Assembly: GCA_052148275.1 (NCBI GenBank)
Contig: JBKQIR010000013.1
Location: 17,446 to 81,445 of the forward strand
Source of the DNA: Solirubrobacteraceae bacterium
Lineage (GTDB): Bacteria > Actinomycetota > Thermoleophilia > Solirubrobacterales > Solirubrobacteraceae
Direction: 5' to 3'
Length of the DNA stretch: 64,000 bases
Positions 1-8,946 of this stretch are shown in pieces. How positions within the stretch are numbered: the stretch's first letter is position 1; each line of letters starts with the position of its first letter. Under the pieces are notes generated by a model, which did not search any database, had not been told where the DNA came from, and worked only from the letters and a program-made list of their open reading frames with translations. A program made the position numbers and the translations under genes.

Positions 1-614
1 CGGGTGCGCAGCAGCTCAGCCGAGCCGGCGAGCGCTTCGGTGACCAGCTCGGCCGCCTGCGCGGGGGGCATTCCGTACGCGATCCCGGCGTCGGTCCAGG
101 CCTCGGCGATGAGCGCGACGTAGGCGGGCGCGACGCCCATCAATCCCATCGCCACGTCGATCAGCCGCTCCGGCATCTCCACGACCGTTCCGCAGCGTCC
201 GAAGAGCTCCGTGAACTCGGCGACGAGGATGTCGTCCACGAGACGCCCGCGGTCGTAGCAGACCACGCCGCGGCGCACCTCCACCGCCGTGTTCGGCATC
301 AGCCTGAGGACCGGCGTGTCCGGAAAGGCCGCCTCGAGCTGCTCGAGCGTCACGCCCGCGAGGATCGAGGCGATCGCTGTGGCTCGGCCGCCGATCTGAT
401 CGGCGACCGTCTGCAGCTGATAAGGCTTGTGGCAGAGCACCAGCAGATCGGCGCGGGCGGCGACCTCGGCGTTGCTGAGGAGCGCCTCGCCGCCGGTCTC
501 GTCCGCCAGCCTTTGCGCCGGCCCCCGGAGGGCGTCGCTGCACAGAACCGGGACGCCCCACCCGCGAGCGAGGGCGGTCCCCATGTTGCCGCAGCCGATG
601 ACGCCGATCACCAT
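1..614 (-). CDS. proC: Pyrroline-5-carboxylate reductase (partial, runs off the left edge)
   Basis: Not in the ORF track. Manual translation from ATG 614 gives MVIGVIGCGNMGTALARG (Rossmann motif), LVLCHKP, ISILAG-like ASILAGVTL, VLRLMPNTAVEV and GVAPAYVALIAEA, all typical P5C reductase motifs. Confidence 0.9.
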   Translation of the reverse strand, partial: MVIGVIGCGNMGTALARGWGVPVLCSDALRGPAQRLADETGGEALLSNAEVAARADLLVLCHKPYQLQTVADQIGGRATAIASILAGVTLEQLEAAFPDTPVLRLMPNTAVEVRRGVVCYDRGRLVDDILVAEFTELFGRCGTVVEMPERLIDVAMGLMGVAPAYVALIAEAWTDAGIAYGMPPAQAAELVTEALAGSAELLRT

Positions 615-727
615 CGCCGCAAGCATAGCCCCGGCGAACACCGCGCCAGATGGATAGCGGCGATACTGCGATGACTATCCAACCGGCCGATGCCCAGACG
701 GCGTGGGTCACGAACCATACCTCGCCT

Positions 728-1405
728 ATGAGCGCCGATGTGATCATCTCCTACGACGGAACCCCCAACGACGACGACGCCCTCGCGCTGGGCAGGATGC
801 TCCAGAGCGCCGGCGCCAAGCTGGCGCTCGCGTATGTGCGTCACTCCCGCGAGTTCGACCCGCGCCGTGAGGATCTCGCCCAGCATGACGCCCAGAAGCG
901 GCTCGCCCATGGCGCCGCCGTGCTGGGCGCGCCGGACGTCGCCCAGAGCATCGTGATGGGCGCGTCCACCGGCACGACCCTCGGCGCCCTTGCGGCGCGT
1001 GAGGGCGCATCACTGATCGTGTTCGGCTCCGACTACCGAACCCCACCCGGTCACGCTGACCCCGGCGCGTCCGCTCAGCACCTGCTCGAGGGCGGCTCGG
1101 TCGCCGTCGCGATCGCGTCCGCGGGTCTGCGGACGAAGATCGAAAACGGCTCGATCAAGTTGATCTCGGTGCCGCTCGCCGGTCCCAAGAACGACGTCGC
1201 CCGTGAAACTGCCGCGTCGCTGGCGAGCAAGCTCGGTGCAGAGGTTGTGGAGTCCCGCCACGACCCCGTGGACCTGATCGTCGTCGGCTCGCAGCCGGAG
1301 GCCCCTCCGGGCCGGATCGTGCTCGGCGGAGACGTGCGCTCCGAGCTGAACGGCGCTCGCGCCTCCGTGCTGATCCTGCCTGCGGACACGCCGCTGCTGC
1401 TGTAG
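728..1405 (+). CDS. Universal stress protein (USP family)
   Basis: IISYDGT at the N-terminus, LIVFGS and LIVVGS motifs, ending SVLILP. Start is estimated at ATG 728; the ORF track extends to 650. Confidence 0.8.
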   Translation: MSADVIISYDGTPNDDDALALGRMLQSAGAKLALAYVRHSREFDPRREDLAQHDAQKRLAHGAAVLGAPDVAQSIVMGASTGTTLGALAAREGASLIVFGSDYRTPPGHADPGASAQHLLEGGSVAVAIASAGLRTKIENGSIKLISVPLAGPKNDVARETAASLASKLGAEVVESRHDPVDLIVVGSQPEAPPGRIVLGGDVRSELNGARASVLILPADTPLLL

Positions 1406-1436
1406 GCAGCAGCAGCGGCATCCCGTCAGCGAAGGC

Positions 1437-2096
1437 TCATCGCAGCATCCGCCAGCGCACTGTGCAGAGGCCGGCGCAGCCGAGCGCGTCGCGCGTGGCC
1501 GGGTCGAGATCGAACGTGCGGCCCGACACATAGGGACCGGAGTCGTCGCGCGTGGCGACCACGCAGGTTGTGCCATTGCACAACTGCAAGCGTGATCCGC
1601 ACGGGGCGATCAACGTCGCGATCCCGTGCGTCGCGTGAAATCCGCAGCCGGTGCCGCCCGCGTCGTAGTACCAGCTGGCGATTGCCGGGCCCTGCAGGGG
1701 CGGCGGCTCGGATCTCGTCCACAGCTGCCGCAGATATGCCTGTGCGGCGGGGTTGCGCTGGCAGCGGATGTAGCCCTGCAGTCGCTTGATCTGCGCCGGG
1801 CTCGCCGGCAGGCCCGCGCCGTATGTCGCGTCGATCGCCCTGATCGCCATCTGCACCGTGAAAGTGAGTGTGCAGCGGGCCGCTCGGGGTTGTGGCGTGG
1901 CGGGCTGAGTAATGGTCAGGCGCAGCGCATTGTCATCTTGGAGTTGCTGCGTCTCGTGCTGGAGTTGCTGCGCCTGCGCAGCGGCTTGTGGTCTGTGCGC
2001 AACTGCAGAGATCTGCGCGCCGTGCGCGGCAGGGTGAAGCGCGAGCGCGGCAGGGTGAAGCGCGAGCGCGATGCTCGCGAGGAACGGCAAGTACAC
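1437..2096 (-). CDS. Secreted RlpA-like (double-psi beta-barrel) cell-wall protein / lytic transglycosylase family
   Basis: Signal peptide with an ALALHPA duplication. C-terminal ASWYY...CG...PCGSRL...DDSGPYVSGRTFDL matches the RlpA/DPBB pattern. AAGGAGG SD lies upstream of the GTG. Confidence 0.7.
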   Translation of the reverse strand: MYLPFLASIALALHPAALALHPAAHGAQISAVAHRPQAAAQAQQLQHETQQLQDDNALRLTITQPATPQPRAARCTLTFTVQMAIRAIDATYGAGLPASPAQIKRLQGYIRCQRNPAAQAYLRQLWTRSEPPPLQGPAIASWYYDAGGTGCGFHATHGIATLIAPCGSRLQLCNGTTCVVATRDDSGPYVSGRTFDLDPATRDALGCAGLCTVRWRMLR

Positions 2097-2489
2097 GTTG
2101 TGTGTCCTCCTTGGTGGTGGCCTTGGTCAGCAGAGCGCGCTCGTTCCCCTACTCGCTTACGTTCGGGGGCGCGCCCGTGTTGATCAGGTGGTCAACCTCC
2201 TTCCGCGCGGACATCGCCCGCGTCGTCGTCTGTCAATGCCCGTTCACTTCGCCGGCGCGCTGCGCCGGCGGCGAGAAACCCAATTGGGTCGACTGGCTCC
2301 GGCCGCTCCTGATCATTTGGCGGCACCGGACCCAGGCGGGCCTTACGTGCACCTGGGAACCGGCGATGGCGTCCCTCAACGGCTGCCGGTTGGCTGGTGC
2401 GGCGACGATGCTGCCACGTCCGCCTAAGCAAGAGCGAAAGAGCCCGTCACACAGCGGCGGCTGGGTGCACTCGCTAGATTGGCCCGACG

Positions 2490-2855
2490 ATGACACCCAA
2501 GCCAGGTATCGAGGCTGTCAGTGAATTTGTCGTCGACGATCGGTTGCTGACCGACGTCGGGGGCACGATCGGCGTCGCGGTGCTCTCGACACCGGGGATG
2601 ATCTCGGTGATGGAGCGCACGGCCGCGATGCTCGTCTACCCGCACCTGCCCGAGGGAAAGGCGACAGTCGGCTTCCAGGTCTGCGTCAAGCACGTCCGGG
2701 CCGCGCCGCGGGGCGCGCGATGCGACGCACGGGCGACGCTCGTGGAGGTGATCGATGGGCGCAAGTTCCGCTTCGAGGTCGAGGTGCGCGGCGAGGACGG
2801 GCAGACGATCGGCGTCGGCACGCACGAGCGGCGCATGATCGACGCCCGCCGCTAG
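2490..2855 (+). CDS. Hot-dog fold thioesterase, fluoroacetyl-CoA thioesterase (FlK)-like
   Basis: VLSTPGMISVMERTA, ATVG..V.VKH..AAP.G and GTHER are FlK family motifs. Confidence 0.85.
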   Translation: MTPKPGIEAVSEFVVDDRLLTDVGGTIGVAVLSTPGMISVMERTAAMLVYPHLPEGKATVGFQVCVKHVRAAPRGARCDARATLVEVIDGRKFRFEVEVRGEDGQTIGVGTHERRMIDARR

Positions 2856-2867
2856 CGTTCGGCGCCA

Positions 2868-4358
2868 ATGGTCGCCGGACGGAGCCGTTCGCTACGGTCT
2901 CTCGCGCGGGCCCACTGGCTGGCGCTGTCGCTGCTGATCGTCGGCGCGGCGCTCCGTGTGGCTGCGATGGTCGCCTACCAGCCGGCTCTGTTCTTCGGCG
3001 ATTCGTGGGGCTACGTGGTGAGCGCCTTCTCGGGGCACACGCTCGGGCTCGCGTCCGTCGCGCTCTCGAATGACCGGCCCAGCGGCTATCCCGTCCTGCT
3101 GTGGCTGCTCAGCGAACCGGGCCGCGATCTGACTCGTCTGATCGCCGTGCAGCACGTGGCCGGCCTGGCGATCGGCGCGCTCGTCTACGTCGCGCTGCTG
3201 CGGGCGGGGATCCCGCGCTTCGGCGCCGCCTGCGCAGCCGCCCTCGTCCTGCTCGACGGCTACACGATCACGCTCGAGCAGTACGTGATGTCCGACACGT
3301 TCTTCGCCCTCACGGTGCTGGTGGCGTGCCTGCTGCTCGCGTGGCCGGCGCTGAGGTCCCCGCCGGCGTCCGCCGGGCGCGCCGCGGGGCCCGCCATCGG
3401 CCCGATCCGGGCCTCCGCCGCAGGGCTGCTGCTCGCGGCCGGGACGCTCGAGCGCCTCGAGGGCGCGTTCGCGATTCCGGTGCTCCTCGCATACCTGCTG
3501 TGGCGTCGCGCCGGCTGGCGGGCGTTGCTGGCCTACGTCCTTGCGGCGGTGCTCCCACTGCTGGCGTATGCAGGCGCTGAGCAGGCGCGCTTCGGCACCT
3601 TTGCGCTCACCCAGGAGTCGGGCTGGACCCTCTACGGGCGCATCGCCGGCTTCGCGGACTGCGCCGGCGCGGGTGTTGCGCCGGCCGCGCGCCCGCTCTG
3701 CGAGACCGCGGCGCAGCGCGCGAGCCAGCCGGATTCAGGGACCTGGTACATCTTCGATGGCGCCTCGCCCGCCGTACGCGAGTTCGGGCCGCTGAGCCGC
3801 ACGGAGGCCGAGCAGCGCTACTCGGACGGCGTGCTGCGCGCGTTCTCGATCCGCATCATCGAGCACCAGCCGCTCGCCTATCTCGACGCCGCCGGCAGCG
3901 ACTTCCTGCGCTTCTTCACGCCGGGCGCGACCGCGTTCGACGATGCCGTGAGCGCGACCTCACTGCCGGCCGCCGCCGCCGCCGAGTACGTCGACTCCTA
4001 CGTCCAGGGCCGGTTCCTGCCGGGTGTGCAGCCGAGCGTGCGCGCGCCGGCCGCGGTGCTGCGCGTCTACCGCGCGGTCGTGCACGTACCGCGCCCCGTG
4101 CTGGCGCTGCTCGCGCTCGCCGCCCTGCTCGCCGTGGCGCTCCGGACGCCCTGGTGCCGGGAGGTGCTGCTACTCGCGGGCAGCGCCGTCGCCCTGCTGG
4201 CGGGCACGGCCGCGACGGCCGGCTTCGGCCTGCGCTACCTCCTGTGCGCCGTTCCGCTGCTCGCGATCGGCGGCACGCTCGCACTGCGCGACGTATGGGC
4301 GACCGCGCGGGGCGCCCGCAGGCGCCCCGCTCCCCCCGTCACTGAGGCTGCGCCGTGA
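2868..4358 (+). CDS. Multi-pass membrane protein, probable GT-C-like (lipid-carrier-dependent) glycosyltransferase
   Basis: About 10 hydrophobic segments, FFGDSWGY and RPSGYP loop motifs, EQYVMSDTFF, and a large extracytoplasmic loop with two Cys. Confidence 0.5.
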   Translation: MVAGRSRSLRSLARAHWLALSLLIVGAALRVAAMVAYQPALFFGDSWGYVVSAFSGHTLGLASVALSNDRPSGYPVLLWLLSEPGRDLTRLIAVQHVAGLAIGALVYVALLRAGIPRFGAACAAALVLLDGYTITLEQYVMSDTFFALTVLVACLLLAWPALRSPPASAGRAAGPAIGPIRASAAGLLLAAGTLERLEGAFAIPVLLAYLLWRRAGWRALLAYVLAAVLPLLAYAGAEQARFGTFALTQESGWTLYGRIAGFADCAGAGVAPAARPLCETAAQRASQPDSGTWYIFDGASPAVREFGPLSRTEAEQRYSDGVLRAFSIRIIEHQPLAYLDAAGSDFLRFFTPGATAFDDAVSATSLPAAAAAEYVDSYVQGRFLPGVQPSVRAPAAVLRVYRAVVHVPRPVLALLALAALLAVALRTPWCREVLLLAGSAVALLAGTAATAGFGLRYLLCAVPLLAIGGTLALRDVWATARGARRRPAPPVTEAAP

Positions 4359-4911
4359 TCTCCGCGATGGCTCGCTGCGGAGTCACGGGCACCGGCTGGT
4401 GGAGCGCTGCTGCGACCGAGCCCGCCCATGCTTCGATCTCGTTCCAGTCGCGGCGATCGCGCATCTCGGTCGGCATCCCGCGCGCCATCTTCTTGCGGAT
4501 GAAGCCTGCGCTGTCGTCGACGCTGCCGCCGAACACGACGTGCTCGCGCGCGCCGATCTCGCGCGCTCGCTGCTCCACGCGTGGCGGCTTCAGCCACCGC
4601 TGCGCCTTGGCCGGATCCTCGGGATCCTTGCCGACCGGGCCGCTGCTGAACAGCCACACCTCGCGCGCGTGCAGCTCCTCGCGAGCAAGCAGCCGCAGTG
4701 ACTCTCCCTGCCATCGGCCCTGGTACACGGCGCTGCCGAGCACCACCGCGCGATAGGGACCCAGCGAGCGCACGTCCCGCGCTCGCTCCACGTCGACCTC
4801 GAGCCCGCCCTGCCGAAGCTTCTTCCCGATCGCCTCGGCGATCTCAGCCGTGGAGCCGTGCTTGGAGGCGTAGGCAACGAGGACGCGGTCATGTTTGTCG
4901 TTTCCGTTCAT
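4339..4911 (-). CDS. Flavodoxin-domain protein (HemG / flavodoxin_5-like)
   Basis: VLVAYASKHGSTAEIA (FMN phosphate loop), AVVLGSAVY, WLFSSGP, DRRDW. Confidence 0.85.
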   Translation of the reverse strand: MNGNDKHDRVLVAYASKHGSTAEIAEAIGKKLRQGGLEVDVERARDVRSLGPYRAVVLGSAVYQGRWQGESLRLLAREELHAREVWLFSSGPVGKDPEDPAKAQRWLKPPRVEQRAREIGAREHVVFGGSVDDSAGFIRKKMARGMPTEMRDRRDWNEIEAWAGSVAAALHQPVPVTPQRAIAEITAQPQ

Positions 4912-5075
4912 ACCTCCAGCATTGCGCTGGATCGCCGCAACGCATCCGTCGCGTGGGCGGAGTCGAGTCCGGGGTTATCACTCAGTGAATGTGTGCGGAA
5001 TTGCAGACGTGGTCTGGTGTCGCGGGTTTGCCGCTGCCTGACAAAGGACTGCCCGCCCGGTTATGCTGGCGCTCG

Positions 5076-5585
5076 ATGAGTGCCGCCGAAGGCTCCCCGA
5101 GCGCGCCAGACCGACCCGTGATCATCGCCTACGACGGCTCGCCGGCCGCGCGCCGGGCGATCGCCGCCGCCGCCGAGCTCCTCGGACACAAGCGGATCCT
5201 GGTGCTGACCGTGTGGGAGGCGGGCCTCGCATATGCGGCCGCTCAGGTTCCGCGCGACCCGATGATGATGACCCCGATCGTGGATCCCCAGCTGGTCGCC
5301 GAGGTCGATCACGAGCTGCACGCGCACGCCGAGACCCTGGCACAGGACGGCGCCAAGCTCGCCGTGTCGCTCGGCCTCGATGCGGAGCCGTTGGCGGTGG
5401 CCGACGCGGGCGATGTCGCGAGCACCGTCCTTGACCTCGCGCGGGAGCGTGATGCGGCGGCGATCGTGGTCGGCTCGCGCGGCCACAGCGGCCTGCGGGC
5501 ACGGCTCGAGGGCAGCACCTCCAAGGAACTGCTCAAGCATGCTCCGTGCGCGGTCATCGTGGTGCACGATCCCGAGCACGCATAG
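5076..5585 (+). CDS. Universal stress protein
   Basis: VIIAYDGS, AIVVGSRGHSG...LEGSTS..LLKHAPCAVIVV (USP signature). Start estimated at ATG 5076. Confidence 0.9.
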   Translation: MSAAEGSPSAPDRPVIIAYDGSPAARRAIAAAAELLGHKRILVLTVWEAGLAYAAAQVPRDPMMMTPIVDPQLVAEVDHELHAHAETLAQDGAKLAVSLGLDAEPLAVADAGDVASTVLDLARERDAAAIVVGSRGHSGLRARLEGSTSKELLKHAPCAVIVVHDPEHA

Positions 5586-5693
5586 TCCGACACCGGCCGG
5601 CGGGCCGAGCCGCTGCGTGACGCCGCCTGTGACGGCTGTCCCCGCAGGTGGTTAGGATCGACGCCATGAGATTGCGCGCGCTGGCGATCGTGT

Positions 5694-7289
5694 TTGCTCG
5701 TGGCGGCGGCGCTCGCCGGAGCGCTGCTGGCGGGCGGCGCGTCACCGGCCGCCGCGGCGAACCCGCCGGGGACGGTGACGCTCGGCAGCACGAGCGGGAC
5801 ACCGAGCGCCAACCCGTGCCTGTCGATGATCCCATGCACTTATGTGCCGTTCAGCAACGCCGAGGTCCCCGAGCTGCAGGTGCCCGCCACGGGGACCGTG
5901 ACAAGCTTCTCGGTCAACACCGGCAGCAGCGGCGGGATCGTGGAGTTGCGTGTGCTGACGCCCGGCTCCGGAGGCGCTTTCACGGGAGCCGGCACGGGCC
6001 CGTCGGAGACGCTCGCCACGACCGGCGTCAACACCTTCACGGTGTCGATACCGGTGAAGGCCGGTGACGTCCTTGGCCTCGACAACGCCACGAGCGCGCT
6101 CATCTTCGCGACCGTCGGCGCCCCCGCGTTCACCGCCTATTATGAGGAGCCGTCGCTCGCCGACGGCAAGACGGCCGTTCCCAATCAGGACGCGGCCGGC
6201 GACCAGCCGCTCCTCAGCGCCACCGTGAAGCTCACCCCGGCGTCGGTCAACAGCTTCTCCTCGAGCTGCTCCGGCACGCTCCCTTCCACGGGCGGCAGCT
6301 GCACGCTGCAGTGGACGCTGTCCAATACGAGCACCTGCACACTGTCGAGCTCGCCGGACCTGCTCGGCGGCACGCAGTCGACCGGGTGCGCCGACAGCGC
6401 CACCAACACGAACCAGGTCAGCTTTCCCCAGAACACAGGCACCACGCCGGTGAGCTACACCTTCACGCTGACGGCGACCGGAGCCTCCGGAACGACGCCT
6501 GCGAGCCGGACCACGACGGTCACCGTGCAACCCTTTAGGCCCACCCCGCCACCACCGCTGAGCGCGTCGATAGTCAAGGCCGCGACCGTCGGCGACCAGC
6601 TCCTGTTGACGATCGCGTGCCGCAACGGCTCGGCGACGGCCACCTGCAGCGGGCCGGTGACGGTCACCTCGCACGTGACGACACAGGCGGGCAAGCCGAT
6701 CGAGGTCGCCGCGCGGGCGGCCAGGCCCGCGCGAGGGAAGGCGAAGCCGGCGCCGAAGACCACAAGCGCGGTCCAGGTCGCGAGTGCGTCCTATTCGACC
6801 GCGACAGGCACGACCGCGACCGCGACGCTGACCCTGAACGCAACGGGAAAGCGGCTCCTCAACCGGTTCTACACGCTCCCTGCGACGGTCACGATCGGCG
6901 GCACCACGGCGCTCACGACACGAGTCAGCTTCAGCTACGCACGGATCACGTCGTTCATCGAGTTCGACGTGCAGTACGGACCGGCCTCGAGCTTCGCCAG
7001 GCAGCTGTCGATCGTCGGCCTCCCATCGAAGGCGAGCGTGGCGGTCATCTGCCGCGGCGGCGGCTGCCCGTTCGCGCACCGGACCTTCTCGCCGCACGGG
7101 AGCACGCTCGTGCTCAGCTCCGCGTTCGCGCACAGCCACCTGGCCCCCGGAAGCACCATCGAGCTCGAGATCACCGCGGCCAACCACATCGGCAAGGTCG
7201 GGCTCCTGAGGATCCGCGGCGGTCAGCCGCCGACGTTCAGCACCCTCTGCCTCCCTCCGGGCGCGCCCGCGCCACTGGCCTGCGTGTAG
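5694..7289 (+). CDS. Secreted Ser/Thr/Gly-rich multidomain surface protein (probable true start 5666 via a 1-nt frameshift)
   Basis: Signal peptide LLVAAALAGALLAGGASPAAA, several beta-rich modules with paired Cys, and a C-terminal 4-Cys domain. Confidence 0.7.
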   Translation: MLVAAALAGALLAGGASPAAAANPPGTVTLGSTSGTPSANPCLSMIPCTYVPFSNAEVPELQVPATGTVTSFSVNTGSSGGIVELRVLTPGSGGAFTGAGTGPSETLATTGVNTFTVSIPVKAGDVLGLDNATSALIFATVGAPAFTAYYEEPSLADGKTAVPNQDAAGDQPLLSATVKLTPASVNSFSSSCSGTLPSTGGSCTLQWTLSNTSTCTLSSSPDLLGGTQSTGCADSATNTNQVSFPQNTGTTPVSYTFTLTATGASGTTPASRTTTVTVQPFRPTPPPPLSASIVKAATVGDQLLLTIACRNGSATATCSGPVTVTSHVTTQAGKPIEVAARAARPARGKAKPAPKTTSAVQVASASYSTATGTTATATLTLNATGKRLLNRFYTLPATVTIGGTTALTTRVSFSYARITSFIEFDVQYGPASSFARQLSIVGLPSKASVAVICRGGGCPFAHRTFSPHGSTLVLSSAFAHSHLAPGSTIELEITAANHIGKVGLLRIRGGQPPTFSTLCLPPGAPAPLACV

Positions 7290-7337
7290 CGCCCTGCCGT
7301 ACGTCTCGGTTGATCTGCCGCCTGGTCGTTCACGTGA

Positions 7338-7940
7338 CTAGCCTGTCCCGCCCGCCCTGAGTGCGACCGGGCGGCATATCTGCCCGGCGGCCTTGAAGGC
7401 CGGGCTGTTGACGTCGAGCGACCCGAGGGCCTGGTAGTAGGCGGAAGGGTTGTTGGCCGCGGTGCGCGGGTCGGGGAAGTCGATCCCGTGTGAGCGCATG
7501 CAGTCCGAGAACGCGATCCCCTCCTGAACACGTTGTGCGCGCTGCGCCGGCGACAGCGAGGTCGCGTTCGGAAACGCCTGACGAATCTGGGACGCGCACG
7601 CCTTCTCGGCCGTCTGGATCTTGACCGAGGGGTAGGCGGCGAGGTCACGAAGGATGGCGAGCAGCGAGCCTGCGCCGACCCCGGGGTCGGGGATGTTGAT
7701 GCCCTGGGCGCGCATGCAGCTGGCTGCGGCGACGCGGGCGCGCACGAGCGTGGCCGCGTTCGGGCGAGTCGTCGCCAGGGCGGCTGCGCTGCTCGTCGAG
7801 GAAGGGCTGTGCGAGCTGGAGCCGCATGCCGCCAGCACCGCGCACGCGACGACGACCGCGCACGAGCCGACCAGCGACCTCAGCGGCGCGCGCGGCGGCC
7901 TCAGCGGTGTGCGCGTGGACGTCGAGTCGGCGGACGTCAT
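7338..7940 (-). CDS. Lipoprotein with two CMRxxG-xxPDP repeats
   Basis: Lipobox LAAC, Ser-rich linker, then CMRAQGINIPDP and CMRSHGIDFPDP...SPAFKAAGQIC. Start estimated at ATG 7940. Confidence 0.75.
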   Translation of the reverse strand: MTSADSTSTRTPLRPPRAPLRSLVGSCAVVVACAVLAACGSSSHSPSSTSSAAALATTRPNAATLVRARVAAASCMRAQGINIPDPGVGAGSLLAILRDLAAYPSVKIQTAEKACASQIRQAFPNATSLSPAQRAQRVQEGIAFSDCMRSHGIDFPDPRTAANNPSAYYQALGSLDVNSPAFKAAGQICRPVALRAGGTG

Positions 7941-8084
7941 CGTTCTGGACGTATTGTCCCGCACCGCGGAGCTGGCGCCGCGGTCTCGGATCAGGCGGCA
8001 TCCGCCGATCGCGGATAAGGCCGCGCGAGAGGACGACCCCCGTCGGATCACCACACAATCCTTGGAGGCCGTAAGCTGGCCGGC

Positions 8085-8918
8085 ATGTGCCGCTGGCTCG
8101 CCTACACGGGCGCACCGCACGTTCTGGGCGACGCGTTGATCTCACCCGCGCACTCACTGATCGATCAGAGCCTGCACTCGCGGCTGGGTGCCGAGGCGAC
8201 CAACGGGGACGGCTTCGGGATCGGCTGGTACGACGACGCGCCCGAGCCGGGGGTGTTCAAGAGCGTCGAGCCGGCGTGGAACGACGACAACCTGCGAGAG
8301 CTCGCCGGCCACATCAAATCCGGTCACTTCTTCGCTCACATCCGGGCGGCGATCGGCTCCGCGGTCCAGCAGACCAACTGTCACCCGTTCCGCCACGGGC
8401 GCTGGCTATTCATGCACAACGGCTTCGTCCAGGATTTCCGCGCGGCGAAGCGCGACCTCGTGCTCGCCGTCGATGAGTCGCTGTATCCCGAGATCGCGGG
8501 CCAGTCCGACACGGAGGTGCTGTTCTACCTGGCGCTGACCTTCGGCCTGCAGGACGATCCGCCGCAGGCCGTTGCTCGCACGGTCGGCCTCGTCGAGGAG
8601 GTAGGGCACCGCAAGGGCGTGCAATACCCGTTCCAGGGAACGATCGCCACCACCGACGGCGAATGCGTGTGGGCCTTCCGATACTCCAGTGAGGGCAGCT
8701 CGCGCTCGCTCTTCTACTCCCGGCACGGCCCGACGCTCCGTGCGCTCTTCCCGGATCCAACGGCCCTCGAGGGGCTGCTCGATGACGCGCGGCTCGTCGT
8801 CTCCGAGCCGATCGGTGGCCTTGCCGGAGCGTGGGAGGAGGTCCCCGAGTCGACCTGCGGAATGTTCGGCCGCGGTGAGGACTCCCTGCAACCGTTCGTG
8901 CCGATCCCGCCGCGGTGA
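8085..8918 (+). CDS. Class II glutamine amidotransferase (YafJ/EgtC-like Ntn hydrolase)
   Basis: N-terminal MCRWLAY (catalytic Cys2), NGDGFGIGWY, HIRAA, NCHPF, FMHNG, GQSDTE. Confidence 0.9.
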   Translation: MCRWLAYTGAPHVLGDALISPAHSLIDQSLHSRLGAEATNGDGFGIGWYDDAPEPGVFKSVEPAWNDDNLRELAGHIKSGHFFAHIRAAIGSAVQQTNCHPFRHGRWLFMHNGFVQDFRAAKRDLVLAVDESLYPEIAGQSDTEVLFYLALTFGLQDDPPQAVARTVGLVEEVGHRKGVQYPFQGTIATTDGECVWAFRYSSEGSSRSLFYSRHGPTLRALFPDPTALEGLLDDARLVVSEPIGGLAGAWEEVPESTCGMFGRGEDSLQPFVPIPPR

Positions 8919-8922
8919 AGAA

Positions 8923-8943
8923 GGCCGGGCCGGATGCCCGGCC
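8923..8943. terminator. GC-rich hairpin between convergent genes, possible bidirectional terminator
   Basis: ggccgggc-cggat-gcccggcc is an 8-bp stem with no U-tract. Confidence 0.35.
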
Positions 8944-8946
8944 GCC

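Noticed and set aside
16-747. ORF-track 243-aa minus-strand ORF and many other long Arg/Gly/Ala-rich ORFs (e.g. 5742-7187, 8714-9376, 47878-49029, 53712-54842)
   Set aside because: These are shadow frames typical of high-GC DNA. They overlap genes with recognisable motifs and have no domain signal.
2110-2200. c-di-AMP (ydaO) or cobalamin riboswitch upstream of the RlpA-like gene
   Set aside because: Only short words match (AGGGGAAC, CCCGAA, gcccccg..gtaa). The GGGGTGAAT and GTCAGCTAAC elements and the required length are absent. Kept only as an unclassified structured leader.
2325-2345. ZTP (pfl) riboswitch 3' word GCCCGCCTGGG on the minus strand
   Set aside because: The 5' GACTGGCG aptamer part is missing and no purine or folate gene follows.
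8085-8918. Ergothioneine gene egtC
   Set aside because: The family match is to generic class II amidotransferases; no egtA/B/D is adjacent.
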